Shown here: positions 12,212 to 24,840 of the stretch, piece by piece
How positions within the stretch are numbered: the stretch's first letter is position 1
Layout of the letters: each line of letters opens with the position of its first letter
Assembly (NCBI GenBank): GCA_043228905.1
Contig: JBHGNT010000021.1
Location: 3,906,001 to 3,970,000 of the forward strand
Direction of reading: 5' to 3'
Source: Azolla caroliniana
Lineage: Eukaryota; Plantae; Polypodiophyta
Length of the DNA stretch: 64,000 bases
Translations under genes and position numbers: made by a program
The notes under the pieces: generated by a model
What the model was told of the DNA's origin: nothing
Seen by the model: the letters and a program-made list of their open reading frames with translations, nothing else
Database searches by the model: none

Positions 12212-12390
12212 TTAAATATGTGTGTAGTATAGACAGGCAGAGACAGAAACCCAGGGCTCAGCCCTAAGGGTTAGGGGGCTGATAGGAAGTTCTAGAAACT
12301 TCCATTTGCCCTAATGGAGAGGAAGAGGAGGTTCTAGAAGTTTCCTAAAGAAACTACTCTGCCCTCGTAATTAGAAGTTCTAGAAGTTTC
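12212..12390 (-). promoter_or_regulatory. Heat-shock promoter: three perfect HSEs plus a TATA-like box
   Basis: TTCnnGAAnnTTC at 12290-12302, 12332-12344 and 12378-12390; TATTTAA on the minus strand at 12218-12212, between the HSEs and the first splice donor. Confidence 0.88.
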
Positions 12391-14804
12391 CAAAGCTCCT
12401 CCCTACGCCCCACCCCCCAAACTATAGAAAAAAGGAAACACTTTAGTAACGCATGAAATGGCTATTAAAAGTCAGATGCTTGATGAAATCCCACGGTTAG
12501 CGTTCTGAGATCACACACTTCTTTCTATGTACTCTTTGGATTGTGAGCAAAATACGACATCAAATTAACACTTCGTATGATCTATCCTGTCTTGTTTGTG
12601 TGTTGCATTTTCTCGCCCGATCCTTGTGTCAGTATCATGTACCTACCATGCATGCATAAGTTGTCAGTTCCAACACAACACATGAGACCATTCAAACAAA
12701 AGCAAGGAGAAGCAACCCATGATACATAAAGCTATGTTTTTGAGCATTCACTTTCGTGCCAACATTGTTGGCCCTTCCCCACGATATGTACTCGTTGCTT
12801 TCTCTCACATCCTTTATGCACTAGGCAAAACGCCCTACATAAACTATCTCAATCAATATGCTTTGAGTCCTTGATTAGACTTGCACGTTATGCATATTAA
12901 TGAAAATATCCCCCTTCGTTTATAGTTTGGGTCACACTTTAGGACTTTGTTGGTTGAAAAACTTTGGATGATAAAAGTTGTCATTCTAAGGCTAAAGATA
13001 TTTTGATTTCTCTCTTTTATTTAAAGCTTCTTAATTTCCATTTCTGAAATAAGCCACGAGGTATAAGTTGTGTATTGTTTGGTGACTTTGGTCTTTTTAT
13101 GGGCCATGTTTGGCCTCTTTAAGTAAGTTGATACACCTCGTGCTATATTTTTGAGTTCTTCGCTCTATATAAAGTATTATTTGTAACAAGGCAATGTACG
13201 CAAAAGCGCCACACTTACCACTAGTTCTTCGAAAACATTGACATTGTTAGTTTTGGGCAGTTTCACATCGACCAATGCGCAATAAAAATGTGAAATGCCT
13301 TAGAAAATGATATGAGAACACAAAAATGCCCCCTCAACCACAAAATTTTACTTCCAAGAAAAAATGGACTCTCGTGCAAATTATTCAAACTCTCATTATC
13401 AAACACATTGAGATGACTAGATGTAATAAACAAGCAATTACACAAATGAACATTGCCATATATTTTGAGTGTGTTTGAGAATGGTATTGTCAAATGAGAA
13501 AATAATGATCAGAGATGCTACCAATGCAATCCATCGCTTATAACACATAATCCAAACCCACTATATCATCAATTTGCCCAAATGACCAAGAAGATATGAA
13601 TGTTGTGTCATGATGGTAAGGTCGATACATTTGTTTATCTTTGCTAAGAAGTTGTTTTGATTCAGAGGTATTCCACACAAGCGAATGAAGTTTAAACTTT
13701 TGAAAGCTACAAAATGAGATACTATTGTCTTCCATCATTGAGGGAAATGACTCATTCATTACAGGAGGGTGATAGAATATACTCATCTCTTTTCAATAGT
13801 GGGTATGCCAAGGGCTAATGACCTTGGGGTTAGAATCCTTGCATGATCTTGCATCTCGACACACGTATGCATGAAGACATGACACATAGCTAAATGTCAT
13901 ATCAGTAATTAAGAGAGTACCATGTCATCAAGTCTACTCCTTCATTCTCCAATGTGTATATGAAACTATACCCATGTTTTACATTGAAGAATTTGAACGA
14001 TCGAAGTGCGAGTAACAATGATATCCACAATAATGCATCCTTTATTCAAAAGAAACGTGCACATAGGATATTCGTGGATAACAAAACAAAGTGCAGTGAC
14101 AGAATTTGTGGTATTGCAAGAACCAAAATGTTAAAACAACAAATAATACAAGGTAAAATCCAAATACATATGTAAGTCAAATTTCACAATAGTACGATAC
14201 ACATGCACATCACACAAGAAACGCCCTTTGTTATCCACGTGGCTAAGGCAACCGCTCAATGAAATGTCTTTAGGGTGGATTGTCAAGTTATCACGATACA
14301 ATAAAGCTCCAAAGTAAAGGGTTTGAGTCTTAACGTGGCGCCGATTTCATGCTCGATGAGAAAAGGGTTAAAAAAATGAAAGGCACTCTCGAAGTTGTTC
14401 AAGTCAAGGTTAACAACCGAGGATTCTGACTTACAAGCAATTGTATGCAAGGCAACAAGCTCGGAATCAAGCAAACACCCACACCTTTTCTCATTCATAC
14501 TTGCTTCACACATTTGATGGATACACAAGAAGGGAGGTAGTAAAAGAAACATCGAGGCATCGATATATGGGCGGCTGACCGGTGGATGGATGGGCGGGTG
14601 CCGGACATTTCGGCCTCAAGAGGAGCCATTATGATATCCTGCATATGTATATGGACGTATGTATGTATGTTAACACAAAGAAACACCATGGTTGTTTGTG
14701 TTGTTGAGTGCATCATATCATGAAGAAACAAACAACATGTTTTTTTGCTTGTGTTGTTCAAATGTTGAGTGCATAGCATAAACATGACATGATAAACCCC
14801 AAAA

Positions 14805-15095
14805 CAAGAAGAAGAAGAAGAAGAAGAAGAAGAAGAAGAACAGAAGACACAATGCAAAGATGCACTAGGCGCATCTACTCTGTTTTTTGAAGACCAGAGC
14901 AGAGTAGAGCAGAACAGGGGAGCAGGATTGAAGAGCAGAACAGAACAGGGGAGCAGGATTGAAGAGCAGAGCAGAGCAGAGCAGAACAGAACAGAACAGG
15001 GGAGCGGGATTGAAGAGCAGAGCAGAGCAGAGCAGAACAGGGGAGCAGGATTGAAGAGCAGAACAGAACAGGGGAGCAGGAGCAGGAGGAGGGAG
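14805..15095. repeat. (GAA)n run and purine-rich minisatellite (GGGGAGCAGGATTGAAGAGCAG plus a variable number of AGCAG/AACAG pentamers)
   Basis: Directly visible immediately upstream of the ATXR2 start; accounts for low-complexity ORFs at 14495-15303. Confidence 0.9.
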
Positions 15096-15097
15096 CA

Positions 15098-18000
15098 ATG
15101 GAGGAGGTCGAGGGAGGGCTTCCTCTCGCCCACCACCACGACTCCATGGAGCTAGCGCACGCCTCTACCATCTCTCGCTTGCTTGCTCCGCCATCGCCTT
15201 CATCCTTGCAGGTGCTTCGTCTGCCCTTCATGTACGTGTTCATGTGCTGCCTAAGCATTGTCCCATGCCTCTCTACATACTTATCCCCCCATCTTTCTTT
15301 CAAAACATTCTTCTCAAAATGTTATCTTTTTTCTCCCCATCACTGACATCCTTTTCGCTGTCAATTCCATTTTGGTTCAAAATTTACTGAAGAAAGCTGA
15401 TTTCCTTGTCTCTAGAACGTTAATTCGTCCCTGCAAGAGACAGTGCATGTAACTAGCCCTTTTCTTTCATCACAGGCTTATTACACTAGGCTCATGGAGG
15501 AACATAACTATTCAGGGTTGGAAGTGAAGTACATTGGGAAAGACATTGGAAAAGGTGCATTCTTGCTGGGTCATTTGTTGAACAATTCCTATTCTACCGA
15601 TAGGTGATGTCTACGTTGGTCTTACTGACAATCACAAATTAATGCAACTCTTTACAGGTGTTTTCGCTACAAGAAATTACGATGAAGATGAACTCGTGTT
15701 TAAAGAGCATATGCTTGTTGGGGCACAGCATAGCCATAACAAGGTACAACTACCAGATGTAAAGAGATTAACTTAGTGCTTAAGATGTGTCTTTGTAGAA
15801 ATTAAAATTATAAATGATTGAGACAAGCCTGTAGTAAATTCAAATGCTGGAAATTTGTTTTTTGTATTTCCACCAAATATGGCTCATGGATAATTATCTT
15901 TCTGGTACTGTATATGAATTTTCTTCTGAATGGGTAGAAAACACATACCATCCATTCAAACTCTCGTCTCTCTGCCTCTCTCTTCGTGGCAGTTAAATCA
16001 TGCAATGTTCTTGTTTCCAATTTGCACAGGCCGATGCATTGGTTTGCAGCTTCTGCTACTGTTTTGTTGGGTCGATTGAACTGCAAATTGGAAGGCGCAT
16101 CCATGCATACATGCAACAGGAAGTTGATAAGTCTGGTTCCACTCTTAATGATAAATCATCTTCCTCTGTCATGGGCTGTTCTGATCATACAGATTGCAAT
16201 GAGAAAATGTTGAGGGACAGTATTGACCTGCCTGATGGTCTTGTAGAATCATTAATCACTGGGAATATCTGCCTCCCATATTCTGATTGCTTTTCGTTAC
16301 CATCAATAGTGAGCTGTGTTGGTGGCTGTAAAGAGGAAATCTTTTGCAGGCAAGCTTCATCATTTGATACAATGTCTTAGAACTCAGATATATTATTTAT
16401 CTTCTGATAAGCAGAGAACTAAAACATTGGAAATTTTTCATGACAGTGAAAGCTGTGCAAAAGCAGCATGGGCCTCCTACCATTCATTGCTTTGCACTGG
16501 ACCAAAATCTCTCTGTCAGAACAAAGATATGCTTCTCAAGTTCATTAATCATGCAGACGGTATGCATTTTTTCTTCATGAATCCTCAATCAATTTGTGGT
16601 CACAAATATCACCAAATGATGTTATTTTTCTTCATCTACAAACTTAACTGAGCATGTTTTAGAACCGTTTTTTGTTGTTTAGTCACATTTGGAAGGTGTC
16701 GAGAATTGTGAAATGACACAATGATTCTTGTCTCTTGTTATGCCTTTGTTTGATATTGTACATCTCTGATTTTTTAAGTCATAATGTGTAACATTCTGAG
16801 ACAAATTTTATATATTGCAGAAACAAATGATATTTTCCTTGTGGCTGCCAAGGTATTCTTTAAGAGCTTGTTATTTCTTATGACAATGTTTTAAATATTA
16901 CCTCTCTCTCTCTCTCTCTCTCTTTCATAAATAATGGCTTTCATTACGAAAGAAAAAAACACACTACCATGACTAACTTGCAACAAAGTATAGCACCCTT
17001 ATAGGGATCTAAATGTCAAATATGATGATATGTGAGCTTGCAGAGTTCTCTCTTTTCATGGTTGAAGTTTTGTGACTTCTCTAGCACTATCAGGTGCCAC
17101 AAAAGAAGTCCTTTTAACTTTACAACATATTTTCTCACCCCAACTTACGAAGCAAACTGAAGGCATTCTGCATATTCCAATTGAACTATAGCCCCCAAGA
17201 CCTCAAGAACTAAAAAATAATTTGGAATGAGGCATTAGTTCATTGTTCTCGAAATTTATAAAAACCCAATTGAATGAAGATAGTCATACTCTAGTTAAAG
17301 ACATCCATACTAAATTGATACATGAAAAGAAGTGATGTGTACTATGTTTTAACTCCACGGAACAAAAGAACCACATTCCTCTAACAATGTTTCTTTTGTT
17401 CAATGCATCCCCCAATTCTAAAGCTCCAACCATGACTCTCCAAATGAATACCTTAGCTCGATCATCAAGCAAGAACACTAACATGCCTTGATCATTTGAA
17501 ACCACTAAGTAATGGGCTTACGAAACCCCATATCTTTATAACCCTTTCTTCCATCCATTTATGGTTTTCAATCAACTTGTGATAAGTATCATTTATTGAT
17601 CTTATAGTCAATCTCCTATTTCCAACAAATGTCCAATCAAGCTCTTGAGATCCCCCATCTAAATCAGGAATTGGCTCATACGATGATAATAATCCTTGCA
17701 ACTTGTCCCAAATAAAGGAATAACATCTTGGAATACAAATGTTGATCTTATTGTTCGAAAGACCATTCATTTTCTTTGTGACACCAACCTCAAATCCTTG
17801 GCTATTACCAAACCTAGTCTAGCCATCCCATTAAATTGAAGGTCAAGAAGTTGTTTACCTTCCCACCTTAACAACCTTGATGTTGCCAAAACCTCCATTT
17901 GTAATGAATTGGCACATCCCTTTCTCGTGGAGGATGCCAAGATGTCAACAAATGATTAACATTAGAGACCTTGCACATTTGATATCCCTTTTAGAATTGA

Positions 18001-19830
18001 CATTCCACCAATTAGCTTCAACCGTCATGTTTCCAAGTTGAATACCCGTTTTCTCTATAAAGTATGCCACCATTTCTGTCGAAGGTTGTGCACCCTTTAA
18101 ACATAAATCAAATGGAAGTAAATCGATGAGCCACCATATGCGTATATAAAATCTATATCGATGCCTGACCAAGACGCTTCGGAGTACAAACATCATCCCT
18201 GCTAGCCATGACATGACACTTTTCTCTTTTCTCTTCCATAACATTATTGGCATTGATTGTGACACCATCTCAAGAGCTTTCTTCAACCATGGTAGCAAAG
18301 GAAGATAATAAGATATCATAGAGACCATAACGGATTGGAGCATGTTAAGCCGTACATGTAAAGGCTAGAATGGAGGCCTCCAACACATAAACTTATCCTC
18401 TAATTTTTAGATACCCATTCAATAAGTTTCACGTGAGAAACTTTTACAACATTAAGAGTGGTATATGTATTGTGAACATGAACCACCACAGAAATAGCTG
18501 TTGGATGAGTAATTAACAGAACAGGGTTTGTTAGCAATAGATACAACAAGGAAAGGGACAATTGAAGATGATTAGGCAGAGAGATGGATTGATTTGCCCT
18601 CATGATGCAATGTCCTGACCTTTTATACCGATCTTGTGAATATGTGTCTGTAGGGTTGTGCAATAGAAATACTCTTTACAACAAAAGAAGAGATGGATGG
18701 TTGATGGCAGAACAGGACGAGAAACTGGAAGGCAAGCATTGCTTCATGGACAGGGAATAGAATAAGAAAACAAATGTGTTCAAAATTTGGGAAGATGGGA
18801 GTCAACATCCCAAGGCCACAGATCCAAAAAAGATGCACTTCCTTTGCAATCAAAGCTTTATTATACACATGTAGAAGCATACACAGTGTGCTTCCCTTTT
18901 TATTCATGAGGAGAAAATTGAATGTAACATGGATATGGAGATAGTCATACCTACTGTGATTGGTGACTTTATTGGCTTCCTTTAACTTTATTGATCTTAT
19001 TATTTGCAAATTATGTGCTACGGATTTATATTGTCAATAAATCACACCATCTTTTAATACAGGTTATATCAGGTACCATACTGAAAGCTTTGAGCTTGAA
19101 ACAGCAAACAACAATGTGTTCAGATTACACGCTACCTAACAAAGAATATGGCGAATTATTGCTTCTTCAGGCATGGGAGCCTTTTTCTATGGGCTTCAAG
19201 CGCTTGTATGAGAATGTTTCTATATGTTTGGTATTGTTTAGCAAGCAAGTCAATGTTGTTTGGGCTGGGTTTTAATGTTGATTATTTTAAATGTATAGGT
19301 GGTGGAAGTCTGTGGCGTTACCTACAGACTTGGGAACAGATGATGAATTGGAATTTCGAAATCAAATTAGGGAGCTTGCTTCTGATGTTAGTTTTGTGGC
19401 CATACTTTTCTTTTACAAGTAAAGTAATAAATATAATGTAAGGAGGGGGTACTGTTAGAGATGAATAAGGGGAGGTTTACCTATTACGTTTGCAGGTGAC
19501 ACATTTGTTTCTTTGATTAAAGGTCCAGACGATGTGCAAAAACCTTTAGATGGATGGCCAGTTTCTGTTGTTCATTGACCTTCTGTATAAATAGTAGGAA
19601 AAGTAGTCTCAAATTATTGCAAAAAAATGTTTATGTAGCCTTTATGATTCAGTACTATCATTAATTAATACGAACTTGGGGGGGGGGGGGAGAGAGAGAG
19701 AGAGAGAAGTAGCTAGTATCTTTTTAACATCTACGGGAGATTGATTGTGATCTATGAGACGTGGCCTAGCCCATGGAGAGGATTGCAATTTTATGTCTTT
19801 GCTGTTACGGTGCAAACCATCAAGTCAACA

Positions 19831-19871
<41 letters not shown>

Positions 19872-22170
19872 GGGAGGATGGTGAAAGTAACATTTTTGCA
19901 TTTATATTAGTCCTTGAATTTGCTGAAAGGTGCAATTTTTCAAGAGGAGTATGCTGCACGTATCCTTAACCAAATATTTCTGTTGTTTTGATTACATAAT
20001 GAAGTTTCTAATAATATAATTTAGAGTTCTCAAAAAAATGGAAGGATGTATGGATGTTACTTTGTTATCCTTAACCAAATATATTTCTTGTAGTCTTTTC
20101 GTTGGAGGTGTATGGACACATTATTGGAATGTTTGAGTTAAATAACCTGTAAGTTTCTGGTTTTACTGCTCTTGATGAGTTTGCTATGTCCTTAGTCAGA
20201 GATTAATTCACAAGGCGTTATGATTATGCATTGGTATGGTGTCCTATATAATACCTGTACTACAAAAGAAAGTTCTAAATTTGGCATGGCTCTGTATCAG
20301 ATAAATCACCTGCCATCTAAATATTTTATATCCATGTTTAATTCAAGACATTATTGTATTATTGTTGTAATAACAAATAGTCTAGAATACCCCCCAAAAA
20401 TTTGTCATCTGGTTTGAAACATGGTTTTGGCAATATCTTTCTTGTATGAATCATTTCCCTTAATTGTGACAAAATGAACTAGATACGAGTAAAAATTGAA
20501 TTATTAATCTGAGTTTGCAGTTGAACCACATTTATAATAATGTGAATTATGACAATCAATAATGAGATCACATAGGAACAATGAGTGGTTTTTAAAGTGA
20601 CTGCGTGAGTGTCTATAAGCCATTGCAGAACTCAGGTAGCTTACTCATGTATACGAATTGTGCTGCAACTGTTTAGCATATATTTAGAATTTCGTCTTTG
20701 CCCTAGATCACATTTACTTCCATGAGGTTCTTGCATAAATCTAATGTTAGAAAATTTCTATTTTGACAAGGGATCTTGTTGTTGCTTCCCCTGTGGAAGA
20801 CTATTTTATTTTCATTGATGAGCTTCCAATCGAAGAAAAGGTGTCTATAAATTCTACACTATGATGATTTTCATTATAAGGATGATTCTGGCTGAGTGAG
20901 TGACTGATGTGTGTTCCAATTGGAAAATCAGGTTGAGATTGAGAAGATTACAAAACCTTTATTGGATGCTTTAGGTGATGAATACGATGTTCCCTGTCAA
21001 GGTACATACTTTACATTCCGGATACAATGTTTTTTCTGTGTCAATGGTTACTGAATGACTTGGAAGTATATCCTTAGGAAAGAAAGAATGGATCTTACTA
21101 AAGAAATAATTATATGTTAGCTGAATGTATTTTTACAATGTGTTTTGTATAATTTATTTGGTGAAGACTGTCTTTCTTAATTACTGTGGTTATTTCTTTT
21201 CTGTTCTATTCAGGAACTGCGTTTTTCGCATTACAAAGCTGTATCAATCATTCATGTTCGCCAAACATACGAGCGTTTAAGAGAGACGAGGCAGGACTCT
21301 TATGATAATAAAATTTCCCTTTTTCTCTAGACTAGTAATTATTTCTTGCCTAAATAGGTCAGCCTAATCATAGCCCATTGAAAGTACTTGTGTATATCAA
21401 TGTGAGTACATAATATGTATTAGTTGCCTATAGTTTAATTTCTTGGGAATAGATGGTCATGTATATTTAGTAAGCATTGACAAACATGATACGAATCGTG
21501 TCTTGACATTTAACTGAATGTAAGCTTTTGACATATGATTTACAAATGTTTTAGGATAAAGATGGCCAGGCTGTGTTGCTTGCTAGCAGGCCAATCAAGA
21601 TTGGGGATCAGGTACTTCAGACCATGTTATTTATTTAGTGATGAGAAACTTCTATGATATAATTATTTATAGGGCACTGCGATATAATTCTTAGACAAGT
21701 GTCCAGATGATGAATGCTATTCTAGGTATTGAGTGATTTCTTGTTTATAGGGTTAGTATTAAAGAATGAAATATCAATTTGTGCTGTCAAGAATGGATTT
21801 AACGTGTGAAAAGTAGCAAAAGGTGATGCTGCATAAACCTAGGTAGTTCTTATGAGCAATAACACGCGAAAACAAACTGAATTTACTCATATGACAAAGA
21901 CTATGGAATTTTGGGGAGGATTCCATTTCCCCTCTGAATTGCGCTGAACTTGTTTTCTACAGAAACAAACTTGAAAATTAGGCCAAAAATCTTCCTTTAA
22001 TTTTGATCAAGTTCTTTGACTATTATAATTGTGGGTTGCCTTTCTAATGCCAGATCACACTCTCGTATATTGATGAGAACTCTGAGTTTGAAGAGCGCAA
22101 GGCAATGCTCAAAGACTATGGCTTTGTCTGTAGTTGCTGTAAATGTCTCAAGGATTCAACAACTCTGTAG
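15098..22170 (+). CDS. ATXR2: Split SET/MYND-like histone-lysine methyltransferase ATXR2 (SMYD5-like), 15 exons
   Basis: Exons 15098(or 15146)-15211, 15476-15554, 15658-15743, 16030-16349, 16447-16559, 16821-16852, 19063-19205, 19299-19386, 19911-19959, 20094-20148, 20771-20840, 20932-21001, 21214-21290, 21555-21611, 22054-22170 splice in frame to give IGKGVFA, LVCSFCYCFVGSIELQIGR, FSLEVYGHIIGMFELNNL, QSCINHSCSPN, ITLSYID and DYGFVCSCCKC, matching recalled ATXR2 motifs. Confidence 0.93.
16925..18430 (-). mobile_element. 5'-truncated, decayed L1-type LINE in ATXR2 intron 6 (antisense)
   Basis: RT C-terminal-like text (SMISYYLPLLPW...LWKRK) and a zf-RVT-like segment (KVFIWRVMVGALELGDALNKR...CSVE...HHFFSC) with stops and frameshifts; ends next to a (GA)n tract. 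Confidence 0.75.
19960..20093 (+). other. U12-type (minor spliceosome) GT-AG intron in ATXR2
   Basis: Donor GTATCCTT at 19960; branch site TCCTTAAC at 20068-20075, about 19 nt before the AG at 20093; splicing restores EYAA-L-FSLEVYG. Confidence 0.92.
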
Positions 22171-22454
22171 GTTCTATAGGCTATCTGCCAAGCTTCTATG
22201 TGGTCCAACAAGTAAAATACAGGAGTGGTTGATGCAATCTTCTCAAATGCTTGGCTGAATTTTCAATTTGTTTTGACAAGAGGTCTTCCTGTAGTTGCTG
22301 TAAATGTCTCAAGGATTCAACAACTCTGTAGGTTCTATAGGCTATCTGCCAAGCTTCTATGTGGTCCAACAAGTAAAATACAGGAGTGGTTGATGCAATC
22401 TTCTCAAATGCTTGGCTGAATTTTCAATTTGTTTTGACAAGAGGTCTTCCTGTA
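22128..22454. repeat. 161-bp tandem duplication spanning the ATXR2 stop codon
   Basis: Apparently identical copies at 22128 and 22289; CTGTA microhomology at 22128/22289/22450. Confidence 0.96.
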
Positions 22455-23045
22455 CTTGTGACCTCCTTCGAGAAATTCTATTTGATACCATTATACAGGA
22501 AGTAATAAACACCACTTACTCCACAGGCGGGAAATAGAAATAACTTCATTTATTCATATAAAAATGCAAATTTACTTTATTTCATCCCCCAATTATTGGC
22601 ATGAATTTCTGTTGAGCATTAATCATTTATATTTTGATTAGTTATGAATACCGTTTTATTGATAAACCATGATAACAGGGACTGGTTTGATGGAACACTT
22701 GTTTGTTGGGCATTCTTTGGGAAATAGTATAGTTTGGGAATGATTTACTGGGGGGGTTCTACTTCAAATTTCTAGTCTTTTGCATATGTTTTGAGCAGTC
22801 TCCGTCGATTATATTGTAAGCTTTCTGTAGCGATTTGATGGCAGCATGGCTTTACTCATTGGAAGGGATCACGTAGCAAGTTGCAACTATGGTGCCCACC
22901 ATATTTTATTATATGTATATGCATGTGCATATGGACAGGCTAGATAGAAATATGTGGGAGCATTGACAACACCATTTATGAAAAGTGTTATGGAAAAAGC
23001 AAGCTAACTTTTATTTTGTGGAGTGGCTGGCCCATATGCTATATT

Positions 23046-23233
23046 GATATATGCACTCACCTCTGATCTGGACAATTCTGTAAATGATATGGATATATGC
23101 GCTCACCTCTGATCTGGGCAATTCTGTAAATGATATGAATATATGTGCTCACCTCTGATCTGAGTAATTCTGTAAATGATATGGATATATGCGCTCACCC
23201 CTGATCTGGGTAATTCTGTAAATGATATGGATA
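23046..23233. repeat. 46-bp minisatellite, 4 copies
   Basis: Unit GATATATGCRCTCACCTCTGATCTGG...TGTAAATGATATG at 23046, 23092, 23138 and 23184. Confidence 0.93.
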
Positions 23234-24840
23234 ATTCATACCTAGCAAATTGAATTGAAAAAAGAAAAACTATGTCCCACTACAACTATGCTTGATCAAT
23301 GTTTATAAATACCATATATGCTAGTCAAAGCAATGACCATGACTACATGCTAGTCGAAAAATTAACCACTTCAGGCCATGAGAACCACCTAATTTGACAT
23401 TCCAGTGGAGTCAAGGTTGATGAAACAGCTGTTGTTCAGTTGATTTGTGCATAGGTGTTTGCTGAGGTGGAACTGTTTAGGTTTTGAATAGGGAGCTAAA
23501 GAGGAAAAAAAACGGTTAGGGTTGCGATTCTAAATCATAGAGTAGATCACTAATACAGTAATAGGGAATATTGATATGCTCCAATATTCCCTGTTTGAAT
23601 AACATGCACACTATAACTAAAAGCATTACAAAACTGATTGTATGCTGTATCAGTTTAAAGAAAAATGGAAGGATACAAAAACGTATTTTTTTGTATAGGT
23701 ATACCATAGATTCAACAAGGTGAGATTACAAATCATTTTTGAACTCACTAAATGTGGCTTTGTTTGTAGTTTTTCTCATGGAATTGAAGATTATTAGTCT
23801 AAATGCTTGCATTAGGATTAATCACCTTAAATGCTTTTATTAAGTATTTCCTTAGTTTTTGGCTTTATGCGATGAAAATGCTAGAGATGCCTCAGCATGA
23901 AATCATCTCCCTGAACATATAACTAACGATATGTAATTAATCCATTATGAATAGTTATGACAATGCCTTATTCCTCAACGGCTTATTAGAAATATGGCAC
24001 AATTATATTGCCATGTTGAAAGGTTCCATAAACAAAAGGGATGCATGTGTGCTAAGTGATGAATTACTAACTATATACGCCAGTCAAAGAGTGGCAATAA
24101 AAATATGATATTAATAGCTCATAGTTGGAACAATAATTGAGCTCGCAACGCAAACATAAAGAAACAAATTTGGGGATATGAGTGGTAGGTCATGATCTGT
24201 TATAGAACGTGAAATTGAAGGAACAATTGGAGAATAAAGTGTATAGTTTACTAAATCATAGGAATCCAGTTTATCATCAATGAGGTAGTAGTCAATTCAA
24301 ACTGATAGCTCAAACAAGTCTTTTGATTTTCTCCATCCAACATGGAAGTGTGCAAGAAATGAATACTTGTAGATTGATAAAACATGAAGATGTCAGGTCC
24401 TTTCTCTACATCCTACTTCAACTTTTCATCGTTGAAACATCAAAATACATACTTTTTTCTTTCTTAGACCTTGATACTCTCTATTCTTGTCTCGTAACAA
24501 CTGATAAACAATGTAGACTACATGTATTGTTCATATTTACACGGTTGTCATGAGCCACAATAAATTTACAAATGTTGTAATTAATTTACAAATGATGTTA
24601 GTGGAGATACTTATGGTGTCGCTATGCATCTTCACAAATGAGATTCAATTAATTAGCATTGCGCTGGAGATATTTCATGTGCCCAAATGTCTCTTTAGAC
24701 GATTTGCACTTGGCAACAAGTCACATAGTGAATGCTTGCTCCTCTACTTGGGGTGGTCAGATGTTCCCAGAAGCATGGAAACACACAAGGAATATATCTT
24801 TATCATGGAGAATGTAAATACTCAAAAAAAAATGATCATG

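Noticed and set aside
14495-15303. 214-aa and 142-aa Cys/Leu-rich minus-strand ORFs
   Set aside because: Translations of the AGCAG minisatellite, antisense to ATXR2 exon 1.
21068-21075. ATATCCTT, an AT-AC U12 donor-like motif
   Set aside because: Lies inside a normal GT-AG intron whose flanking exons already join in frame; no matching branch site seen.
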